Source: Candidatus Woesearchaeota archaeon
Lineage (GTDB): Archaea > Nanobdellota > Nanobdellia > Woesearchaeales > 0-14-0-80-44-23
DNA: 64,000 nt
Direction: 5' to 3'
Assembly: GCA_026394965.1 (NCBI GenBank)
Contig: JAPLZQ010000103.1
Span: 13,028-77,027, forward strand
The notes beneath the pieces are model-generated. The model saw only the letters and a list, made by a program, of their open reading frames with translations. It was not told the DNA's origin and did not search any database. Within the stretch, counting starts at the first letter, position 1. Each line of letters begins with the position of its first letter. Made by a program: the position numbers and the translations under genes. Shown piece after piece: positions 47,481 to 54,376 of the stretch.

Positions 47481-48549
47481 AGAGCTTTCGGAAATAGAAA
47501 AGAGAAAACCCAGCATCGCAAATAAAAGCGGGCTTGATGCGGTAATATCTGGAATGGAAGAATGCGTGAGCAGGGTAAAGACAATGATGATTCTTCCTTT
47601 TCCACTCTATTCCATACAAAAGGTCTATGAGATAGCAGAGAAAAGGCTGGAATCAGCAGATTATTCTGAAGATGAGATAATTGACTGCATAATTGCAGGC
47701 AGGAAATATGAAGATTATGGGAACAAGGCAATAGCAGGCGCATACACAGGAGCTCTCCTCAGCATCCTTACTGAAAGAAACAGTAAAAAAGGCAGGAAAA
47801 CAATAATGTATGTTGATGAAAAATGCAGCGGGTTTGACTATCTGTTCTACAATGCAAGAAGCTTTGATGAGGTTTACCTGAATAATTTCAACGGCGATTA
47901 TGCATGCTATGGAATGGAAAACGGAAGAAGGGCAGTTGTTAACAATTCGCATGGAGACACAATGTTCTGGGACATTGCATCTGGAAAAATTGAAAAAAGA
48001 GACAATGCGCATCCAAATGCGGAAATGATACTTATTAACAATTACCAGCCAAATGTTTATTTCAATACTGAGATAGGCTCTTTTGCAGGAGCATACGGGG
48101 GCTCAATAGGGCTTTTCCTTGCAAACAGCTGCTGCAGCTGGCAGACAGGAAGGGACATTGCCTACAGCGAGGGCTTTGCAGACACGGTAATACTCAACAA
48201 GACAAAAGGGGATGAAATCGGGAATGGAATTGCATGCAACAGAGGAAGGGTGAATAATCTTCTCATAATCGGAGGAAGCCAGAATTTTGTAGGAAATGAC
48301 ATTGCTCAGGTAGGCGGCTCTGTCGGAAACCTTCTTGTGCAGGGAAAGAAAGGAAAGGTGATGTGCGGGGCTAACTTTTACCGGGTTGAAAGGCAGATAA
48401 GCAGGAGCAGGAACAAGAGAAGGTTCATGGAAAAAAGGGGAATACCAAAGATTCTTGCATTAGCCGAGCAGATGAAAACAGCTGGAAAAGATGAGATTAT
48501 CATGCTCTCTGAGCAAATCTGGCAGGAATACACAGAAAACAGAAAATGA
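47470..48549 (+). CDS. paralog 9 of tandem GIEKREKKE-motif family (most divergent)
   Basis: MGLEELSEIEKRKPSIANKS..., core RKTIMYVDEKCSGFDYLFYNARSFDEVYLNNFNGDYACYGMENGRRAVVNNSHGDT..., then Gly-rich repeats and C-terminal GIPKILALAEQMKTAGKDEIIMLSEQIWQEY. 359 aa. Confidence 0.55.
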   Translation: MGLEELSEIEKRKPSIANKSGLDAVISGMEECVSRVKTMMILPFPLYSIQKVYEIAEKRLESADYSEDEIIDCIIAGRKYEDYGNKAIAGAYTGALLSILTERNSKKGRKTIMYVDEKCSGFDYLFYNARSFDEVYLNNFNGDYACYGMENGRRAVVNNSHGDTMFWDIASGKIEKRDNAHPNAEMILINNYQPNVYFNTEIGSFAGAYGGSIGLFLANSCCSWQTGRDIAYSEGFADTVILNKTKGDEIGNGIACNRGRVNNLLIIGGSQNFVGNDIAQVGGSVGNLLVQGKKGKVMCGANFYRVERQISRSRNKRRFMEKRGIPKILALAEQMKTAGKDEIIMLSEQIWQEYTENRK

Positions 48550-48611
48550 ATTTTTATTAAAATCAATTATTTAAAAACATATTTATATTGCAACACTCAT
48601 TTCCTGTGATT

Positions 48612-49226
48612 ATGATTAAAGCAGTTGCTTTTGACCTGGGAGGAGTGTTGTTCTCATGCGGAACACCTATTGCAGTTGAAAGAATCTCTAAAAAGCACGG
48701 CTATGAAAAGAATCTCATAAGCGACCTGCTATCCTCTGAAAAGAGCATAAAGTTAAGAAAGGGGAAGATGAGCGATAATGCATTTTGGAAATGGGCTGAA
48801 AAAACCCTGCCTGCGGGATACAATGTTGCGACAATCAAGAGGGAATGGTATGACTGCTACATCATAGACGGAGAGGTATTTCAGCTGATAAAAGAGCTCT
48901 TCATGAACAAAAGAATAAATCTTCTTGTTTTCTCTGGAAACATACGCTCAAGGGTGCTTTATCTTAACAAGAAATACGGCTTCCGGAAGTACTTTGACCA
49001 TGAGGTATACTCATTTGACCACGGCTGCATGAAGGGCAGCAAAGAGTTTGTGAAGAAACTCATATCCGAGGCAGGATGCAAACCGCCTGAAATCCTTTAC
49101 ATTGATGATAATCCAATCCAGGCGAAGCCTGCTTCTATGATGGGAATAAACCTTCTCATATACAAAAAGGGAAAAATTGAAGAACTTAAGGAAGGGATAA
49201 AAAGATTCGGGATAGCGCTGAGATAA
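48612..49226 (+). CDS. HAD-superfamily hydrolase
   Basis: MIKAVAFDLGGVLF is HAD motif I (DxG/D). FSGN is motif II-like, and IDDNP with a downstream Lys gives motifs III/IV. The ORF track starts at 48588. Confidence 0.55.
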   Translation: MIKAVAFDLGGVLFSCGTPIAVERISKKHGYEKNLISDLLSSEKSIKLRKGKMSDNAFWKWAEKTLPAGYNVATIKREWYDCYIIDGEVFQLIKELFMNKRINLLVFSGNIRSRVLYLNKKYGFRKYFDHEVYSFDHGCMKGSKEFVKKLISEAGCKPPEILYIDDNPIQAKPASMMGINLLIYKKGKIEELKEGIKRFGIALR

Positions 49227-49247
49227 GAACAGGAAAGAATAGCAAGC

Positions 49248-49255
49248 TTTAAAAA
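49248..49255 (+). promoter_or_regulatory. TATA-like box (TTTAAAAA) about 26-33 bp upstream of tRNA-Arg
   Basis: Position and A/T composition are consistent with an archaeal tRNA promoter. Confidence 0.25.
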
Positions 49256-49280
49256 CAGCTTTTTAATTCTCTCCTGCATC

Positions 49281-49355
49281 GGGTCCATTGCCTAGCCTGG
49301 ATAAGGCGACAGCCTTCTAAGCTGTAGATCGGGGGTTCAAATCCCCCTGGACTCA
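49281..49355 (+). tRNA. tRNA-Arg (anticodon UCU)
   Basis: GGGUCCAUUGCCUAGCCUGGAUAAGGCGACAGCCUUCUAAGCUGUAGAUCGGGGGUUCAAAUCCCCCUGGACUCA. The acceptor GGGUCCA/UGGACUC pairs, the anticodon stem ACAGC/GCUGU with loop CUUCUAA gives anticodon UCU, and the T-arm is GGGGGUUCAAAUCCCCC. Confidence 0.8.
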
Positions 49356-49451
49356 CTTATTATTTATAATTTATTTTTAATTTCTAAATTATTCAGTCGT
49401 TTCTTTTTCCATCCATGCTTTTTCTTATTAAAGAAAAAGGATGGGTGCGCT

Positions 49452-49467
49452 AATCCCCCTGGACTCA
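49452..49467 (+). repeat. 16 bp direct repeat of the tRNA-Arg 3' end (AATCCCCCTGGACTCA), att-site-like scar
   Basis: An exact copy of tRNA positions 49340-49355 lies 97 bp downstream. It is preceded by a hairpin CTTTTTC-CATCCATG...TTATTAAAGAAAAAGGATGG. Confidence 0.6.
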
Positions 49468-49544
49468 TTTTTCTTAATTTATCATATTAACTTTTAGAAA
49501 TAATAAGATTTAATAATTAAGAAAAAAAAATCAGAGAGAATTTC

Positions 49545-49916
49545 TTATTCTTTCTCCCCGAGGAAAGAGTATTCCCCCTTTCGGTTCACGATGAGCCTTA
49601 TGCAGGGAAGGAAAATGAGCTCGTCAAAGATGTCCTTTTCTGCAGCCCCTTTTATGGCATAGTAAGAGGCATTGTACTGGACAACACCGATTGCAGTCTG
49701 GTTGTTCTTGTGAAGCCGCTCAAGCTCTATAATCTGCTCAGTCTCCCCTATCTCAGCATATCCTGGCTGGGATTTCTGCTCAGGGAAAGACACATCCTCT
49801 ACTTCCAAATATTCAGAGCTCCTGTCTCCAACAAGATATGCAACGCCTATGTTGCTATCGAATCTTCTTGAGAGCTTTCGCACAATCATGTCTATTGCAG
49901 ACTTGTCAATTTCCAT
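49545..49916 (-). CDS. hypothetical protein
   Basis: 123 aa, no recognisable motif. The N-terminal half (DMIVRKLSRRFDSNIGVAYLVGD) is vaguely MPN/Mov34-like but has no JAMM His motif. Confidence 0.3.
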   Translation of the reverse strand: MEIDKSAIDMIVRKLSRRFDSNIGVAYLVGDRSSEYLEVEDVSFPEQKSQPGYAEIGETEQIIELERLHKNNQTAIGVVQYNASYYAIKGAAEKDIFDELIFLPCIRLIVNRKGEYSFLGEKE

Positions 49917-50035
49917 AAAAAAACACCCCAGAATATAGAAAATATACGAGGTTCATATATAAACTTTTATCTTTTTAAGCATATACAATCCCCTGTGAAA
50001 TATGGGAATTTCAGGGGGAAATCAATTCAGAAATG

Positions 50036-50043
50036 TTTATAAA
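50036..50043 (+). promoter_or_regulatory. TATA-like box (TTTATAAA) about 28-35 bp upstream of tRNA-Cys
   Basis: Position and sequence. Confidence 0.25.
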
Positions 50044-50070
50044 CCACCTAGGTTTTATGATTTTTAAGGC

Positions 50071-50143
50071 GCGGGGGTAGCCAAGTGGCTAAGGCAATCG
50101 CCTGCAGAGCGATCATTCGGGGGTTCGAGTCCCTCCCCTCGCT
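50071..50143 (+). tRNA. tRNA-Cys (anticodon GCA)
   Basis: GCGGGGGUAGCCAAGUGGCUAAGGCAAUCGCCUGCAGAGCGAUCAUUCGGGGGUUCGAGUCCCUCCCCUCGCU. Acceptor GCGGGGG/CCCUCGC, anticodon stem AUCGC/GCGAU with loop CUGCAGA giving GCA, and T-arm GGGGGUUCGAGUCCCUC. Confidence 0.8.
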
Positions 50144-50164
50144 TTTTATTGTTTATGAATTAAA

Positions 50165-50203
50165 TTATCATAAAAATCCGCGGAGAGTTTCCTGCTCCGC
50201 AAT
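50165..50203. repeat. partial copy of the nested-palindrome intergenic element (5' half with variant inner hairpin)
   Basis: TTATCATAAAAATCCGCGGAGAG...GCTCCGC immediately downstream of tRNA-Cys. It shares the ATCATAAAAATCCGC head with copies at 18177, 26307 and 35110. Confidence 0.35.
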
Positions 50204-50269
50204 AAAGCACAAAGACATCTTTAAATCTCACCAAAAGTTTAATAAACTTAAGAACATATTTTATATTGC

Positions 50270-50914
50270 ATGGATACGCCTGCAACTGCTGAGCTCATTA
50301 AGTGGGTATTCAATGGAATCACATTAGTTCTTGTAACCATCGCGTCTTCATTGGCAGCAAAGAAAAAGCAGCATATAGCCATCCTTATCGTGTTTGTAGC
50401 AAATGCAGTTGCTCTTTTTGTTCTTCTCTCTCCTCTACTGGCTTGGATAGCTTCAATTGTATGCATTATCCGGATATCATCACTGAAAGAAGCAGGGCAG
50501 AATGAACAATCTTTAAAAAATCCAAAGCCTTCTACAGGCAATAATAAGAAGGCGGGAAACATAATTGGGCTTCTTTTGGGCATAGGATTTGTAGCTGCAC
50601 CTCTGATAGGATATATCAGGAAAGAAGCGTCATTTTATGATCCCAACAGCCAGGGCTGGATTATTTTATTTGCATTGATTGGCGCTTTTATGATAATAAA
50701 TAATATCTTTGCCCTTCTAAAAAAAGAAGAAAACACTCAACCAGCTGTCACACCCATTGTACAAGAAACCAAAGACACTGCAGAGCCGCCTTCTAAAGAA
50801 AATCCTGTTGCCAAAAAAGAATCTGAAAAATCTGCGGACAAAGTCAGATGCCGTTACTGCGACAAATTGTATAATGCCAACTATAACGGTTGTCCATATT
50901 GCAAGAAGAAATGA
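50270..50914 (+). CDS. hypothetical membrane protein with C-terminal zinc-ribbon
   Basis: 214 aa, about 4 TM helices, and a C-terminal CRYCDKLYNANYNGCPYCKKK. Confidence 0.4.
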   Translation: MDTPATAELIKWVFNGITLVLVTIASSLAAKKKQHIAILIVFVANAVALFVLLSPLLAWIASIVCIIRISSLKEAGQNEQSLKNPKPSTGNNKKAGNIIGLLLGIGFVAAPLIGYIRKEASFYDPNSQGWIILFALIGAFMIINNIFALLKKEENTQPAVTPIVQETKDTAEPPSKENPVAKKESEKSADKVRCRYCDKLYNANYNGCPYCKKK

Positions 50915-50952
50915 ATATTCTTTAATGGCGATATTGCCCGCCCCTAACTTTT

Positions 50953-51327
50953 TTATTCTTTCTTGAAAAGAAGCCAGTTCTTCTCGCCGGTTTTTGCAAA
51001 CTTTAGAAGCACATACTTTCCAATCATTTTTTTTCCTTTGAGAACAAAAACAATCTTTTCATCCTTCCTTGACTCAAGTTCAAATGTTCCAGAGTCCCAG
51101 ATTTTAACTGTTCCAGCACCGTATGAGCCTTCAGGAATTACCCCCTCAAAGTTGATGTAGGAAACATCATGGTCTTCAACCTGAACAGCAAGGCGCTTGA
51201 TTCCAGGCTCAAGCGGTGGCTCTTTTGGAACAGCCCAGCTCTTGAGAACAGAATCAAGCTCAAGCCTGAAATCCCAGTGGAGATGGGATGCATTATGCTC
51301 CTGGACTACAAACCTTTGCGTTATCAT
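50953..51327 (-). CDS. stand-alone LigD 3'-phosphoesterase-like domain protein (LigD_N family)
   Basis: FVVQEHNASHLHWDFRLE closely matches the LigD PE domain signature as I recall it (FVIQKHDASRLHYDFRLE). 124 aa. Confidence 0.55.
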   Translation of the reverse strand: MITQRFVVQEHNASHLHWDFRLELDSVLKSWAVPKEPPLEPGIKRLAVQVEDHDVSYINFEGVIPEGSYGAGTVKIWDSGTFELESRKDEKIVFVLKGKKMIGKYVLLKFAKTGEKNWLLFKKE

Positions 51328-51366
51328 AGGATAAAAGAATATTATGAGATTAATAAATTTGACTCC

Positions 51367-52287
51367 TTATTTGAGAAAATCAAAGTTTCCGTGGATTGCA
51401 TTCTTGTATATCCCAATTCCGTGCGTAAGCTCCTTAATTAAAAAAAATGCATTTCCCGTTGCGTGGTTTGATGGTGTTCCAAGGTCCATCATCAGCGAGA
51501 ACTCTTCCCGTTCATTTGATGTGGGCATAAGATAAGAAAATTTCGTCCGGTTTTCGTTAAGCTCCCTGCACATCCAGAAATAAACTGATTTTAGTTCACC
51601 CAAAGTGCAGTCTGAATTCCGCCGCACATACTCCTTGTTTCCTGTCTTTTCAGAATACTGCTTTCCAATCTCCCTTTGAACGCCTAATGCGTGCCCTTCT
51701 TCAAAGAAATAAAGGCCTCCGCTGAATTTTCCCATTATTCCGCTTTTCTGCTGGAGGTAGTGAGTATATTCATGCGCAAAATAAAGGGCTGTGTCAACTT
51801 CATTCGCCCTGTGGAGAGTGATTTTTGAATTTCTTGCGTTAAATGTGTTATCAGAAGAAAGTTGATTGCGGTATCCTGATGCAAAACTTATCATCCCCGC
51901 AGATAAAAACAGCGCAGGTATTGAAATTGCACCTATGTTTCCTGAAAGGATTTCAAAAAGCGATGCTCCAGCTCCAAAAGAGCCGGCAGAGTAAAGTCCG
52001 AGAATTGATAGCTTATACCGGTCAACATCTCTGAAAATGCTGTAAAATGAAGTATCAGGCATTTTCTCATCGGTTTTAAGAAAAGAGTCAACTGCGCTCT
52101 TTGAATCAGAAAGTATTGATTCAAGCGCTTTTTTGCCATCAATCTTTTTTGAATCATGATTGATTTTTCCAATTTTCTCAATCTCATAGGAATATTGCAC
52201 GAGCAGGTGCTCAAGAACAGGAATATTCTCCTTTCTCTTAATGAAATCCAAGATATTCTCTCCTGTTAATTTAAATTCATCAGACAT
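51367..52287 (-). CDS. hypothetical protein with HExxH motif (possible zinc-dependent peptidase)
   Basis: 306 aa. FAHEYTHYLQQ contains HExxH. No other motif recognisable. Confidence 0.35.
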   Translation of the reverse strand: MSDEFKLTGENILDFIKRKENIPVLEHLLVQYSYEIEKIGKINHDSKKIDGKKALESILSDSKSAVDSFLKTDEKMPDTSFYSIFRDVDRYKLSILGLYSAGSFGAGASLFEILSGNIGAISIPALFLSAGMISFASGYRNQLSSDNTFNARNSKITLHRANEVDTALYFAHEYTHYLQQKSGIMGKFSGGLYFFEEGHALGVQREIGKQYSEKTGNKEYVRRNSDCTLGELKSVYFWMCRELNENRTKFSYLMPTSNEREEFSLMMDLGTPSNHATGNAFFLIKELTHGIGIYKNAIHGNFDFLK

Positions 52288-52377
52288 TACAGCAAGAATG
52301 CATTTCCCATTTATAAATGTTACTCATAAGTAGTTACATAATTCAAGTAAACCTTTTAATACTGAGCAATTTTCCAT

Positions 52378-53124
52378 TTGAGAATGGAAAGCGTAAAAAA
52401 GATTCTTGTGTCAGAAGAGGGAAGGACATTTTACATAAGGGACATAAGCCAGGACTTTCACACCCAGTTCGGTTTCATAAAATCAAAGGACTTAAAGAAG
52501 AAGGACGGCTCAGTTGTTGTCTCAAACACAAGCCAGAAATTCCACATATACTCACCAAGCTTCATAGATTCTTACAGAAGGATAAAGCGGGGCCCCCAGA
52601 TAATACCTGCGAAGGATGTTGCAGCAATAATCGCTGAAACAGGGCTTGGAAATAAAAGCGTGATTGTGGATGCTGGAACAGGTTCAGGAGCCCTCGCCTG
52701 CTTTCTTGCAAACTACGCAAAGAAGGTAGTCAGTTATGAACTGCGCGAGGATTTCTTCAAGATTGCATCAGAAAATGTCAAGATGCTCGGGCTTAAGAAT
52801 GTTGAGCTGAAAAACAAGGATGTGTATCTGGGAATTGACGAAAAGAATGCTGACATTATTGTCTTTGACCTACCTGAGCCGTGGCTTGGGATTAAAAACG
52901 CAGAAAAGGCGCTTAAGATAGGAGGATATCTTGTCTCATACAGTCCGACAGTCCCCCAGATAATGGACTTCGCATCTGAGATTTCAAAGCACAAATGCTT
53001 CAGCCACATTAAGACAATTGAAATAATGGAAAGAAGATGGGATGTGCTTGAAAGGAAGGTAAGGCCTAAGAGCCAGGAAATAGGGCACTCAGGATTCCTT
53101 AGTTTCTACAGAAAAATCTGCTGA
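52378..53124 (+). CDS. trmI: tRNA (adenine-N1)-methyltransferase TrmI/Gcd14 family
   Basis: N-terminal beta-domain followed by the Rossmann SAM-binding VIVDAGTGSGALACFLA and the DLPEPW motif typical of the TrmI family. 248 aa. Confidence 0.7.
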   Translation: MRMESVKKILVSEEGRTFYIRDISQDFHTQFGFIKSKDLKKKDGSVVVSNTSQKFHIYSPSFIDSYRRIKRGPQIIPAKDVAAIIAETGLGNKSVIVDAGTGSGALACFLANYAKKVVSYELREDFFKIASENVKMLGLKNVELKNKDVYLGIDEKNADIIVFDLPEPWLGIKNAEKALKIGGYLVSYSPTVPQIMDFASEISKHKCFSHIKTIEIMERRWDVLERKVRPKSQEIGHSGFLSFYRKIC

Positions 53125-53146
53125 AAAAAGCAGTTAAATATCTGAT

Positions 53147-54367
53147 TCATACAATATCCTCTTTTACGATTTCTCCTGGGCGTGTTGATTTTCCAGCCCA
53201 GATTTTCCTTCCCGGATAAATTGAAGTATTAATTCCTGTATGGACATTGTCCCCGATAATTGCCCCAAGCTTTCTCCTTCCGGTGTCAACAAGAGTTCCA
53301 TTTACCATTGACTTTATGCTTGAGTTGTCATGCCGAAGGTTTGCGACAATTGTTCCAGCCCCAAGGTTTGAATCATATCCAATCACTGAATCGCCGACAT
53401 AAGAGAGATGCGCAACATTTGTCCTGTCGTAGATTATTGAGTTCTTGATTTCAACAGCGTTTCCCACATGGCAGTTGTTCCCAATTGTTGTTGAAGCGCG
53501 GATGAAGCAGTTTGGGCCTATCCTGCAGTTCTCACCTATGAAAACAGGGCCCTCAATGTATGCGCCGCTTTTCACAACGCTCCCTTTCCCCACATAAACC
53601 TCGCCATTAAGGGTTGCGCCCTTTTCAACAACCCCCTCAATTTTTCCCTTCATCTGCTTCAGGAAGAACTCATTTATGTCCAGAAGGGACCATGCATATG
53701 TTACAGGAAGCCAGTAATCCCGCACTTTCTCAACAAAAATCTCCTCGCGCCGGCAAAGGTTCCTAAGAAGGTCTGTCAGTTCATACTCTCCGCGCTCTGA
53801 TTTCTCAATTTCAGAATTAAAAATCTTCTCATCAAGAACATAGCATGCTGTGTTTGCAAGATTGGAAAAAAACTTCTTCGGCTTCTCAACAACATCCTTT
53901 AAAATCCCGTTTTCCGCAATGAAGATTCCGAAATTCTCTGGATTCTCAACCTCTTTTGCAAGGACGCAGTATTTGTGAGCAAGGCATGATTCAATGTCTT
54001 TCCTGCTGAAAAGGTCGTCTCCCATAAGCACAATGAACCTGCCCTTCAAAAAATCTTTTGCCTGCATAAGGGCATGCCCTGTTCCCAGCTGCTCTTTCTG
54101 CTCAACATACCTTATTTTCATGCCATTGTAGCTCTCTCCAATGTATTCCTCAATCATCTCATGCCGAAATCCAGTGATTATGATTACATCTTCAACAAGC
54201 CCGGAAAGCTCTCCAAGATTGTGCTCAAGAAGGGTTTTTCCTGCAACTTTCAGGAGAGGCTTTGGCCTTTCAAGAGTCAGCGGGTAAGTTCTTGTGGATT
54301 TGCCTGCAGCAAGTATAACTGCAGTCCTCACTTTTTCAGTTTTTTCCGAAGAATAATTTTTTGGCAT
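53147..54367 (-). CDS. glmU: bifunctional sugar-1-phosphate nucleotidyltransferase/acetyltransferase (GlmU-like; N-terminal nucleotidyltransferase plus C-terminal left-handed beta-helix)
   Basis: AVILAAGKSTRTYPLTLERPKPLLKVAGKTLLEHNL is a G-x-G-x-R nucleotidyltransferase loop. The C-terminal third has hexapeptide repeats (IGENCRIGPNCFI, IGNNCHVGNAVEI, IGDNVHTGINTSI). In an operon with glmS and glmM. Confidence 0.7.
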   Translation of the reverse strand: MPKNYSSEKTEKVRTAVILAAGKSTRTYPLTLERPKPLLKVAGKTLLEHNLGELSGLVEDVIIITGFRHEMIEEYIGESYNGMKIRYVEQKEQLGTGHALMQAKDFLKGRFIVLMGDDLFSRKDIESCLAHKYCVLAKEVENPENFGIFIAENGILKDVVEKPKKFFSNLANTACYVLDEKIFNSEIEKSERGEYELTDLLRNLCRREEIFVEKVRDYWLPVTYAWSLLDINEFFLKQMKGKIEGVVEKGATLNGEVYVGKGSVVKSGAYIEGPVFIGENCRIGPNCFIRASTTIGNNCHVGNAVEIKNSIIYDRTNVAHLSYVGDSVIGYDSNLGAGTIVANLRHDNSSIKSMVNGTLVDTGRRKLGAIIGDNVHTGINTSIYPGRKIWAGKSTRPGEIVKEDIV

Positions 54368-54376
54368 TTTACCCTC

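Noticed and set aside
36867-48549. Paralog family as gas-vesicle proteins, considered because GvpN is a MoxR-like AAA+ often found in gvp clusters
   Set aside because: GvpA/J/M are small, very hydrophobic proteins. These paralogs are 300-460 aa, hydrophilic and Gly/Asn-rich, with no Gvp-like motifs.
49435-49467. Possible split-tRNA half gene downstream of tRNA-Arg
   Set aside because: Only the last 16 nt of the tRNA are duplicated. The 5' strand of the T-stem is not present, so it cannot form a 3' half-tRNA. It is better explained as an att-site repeat.
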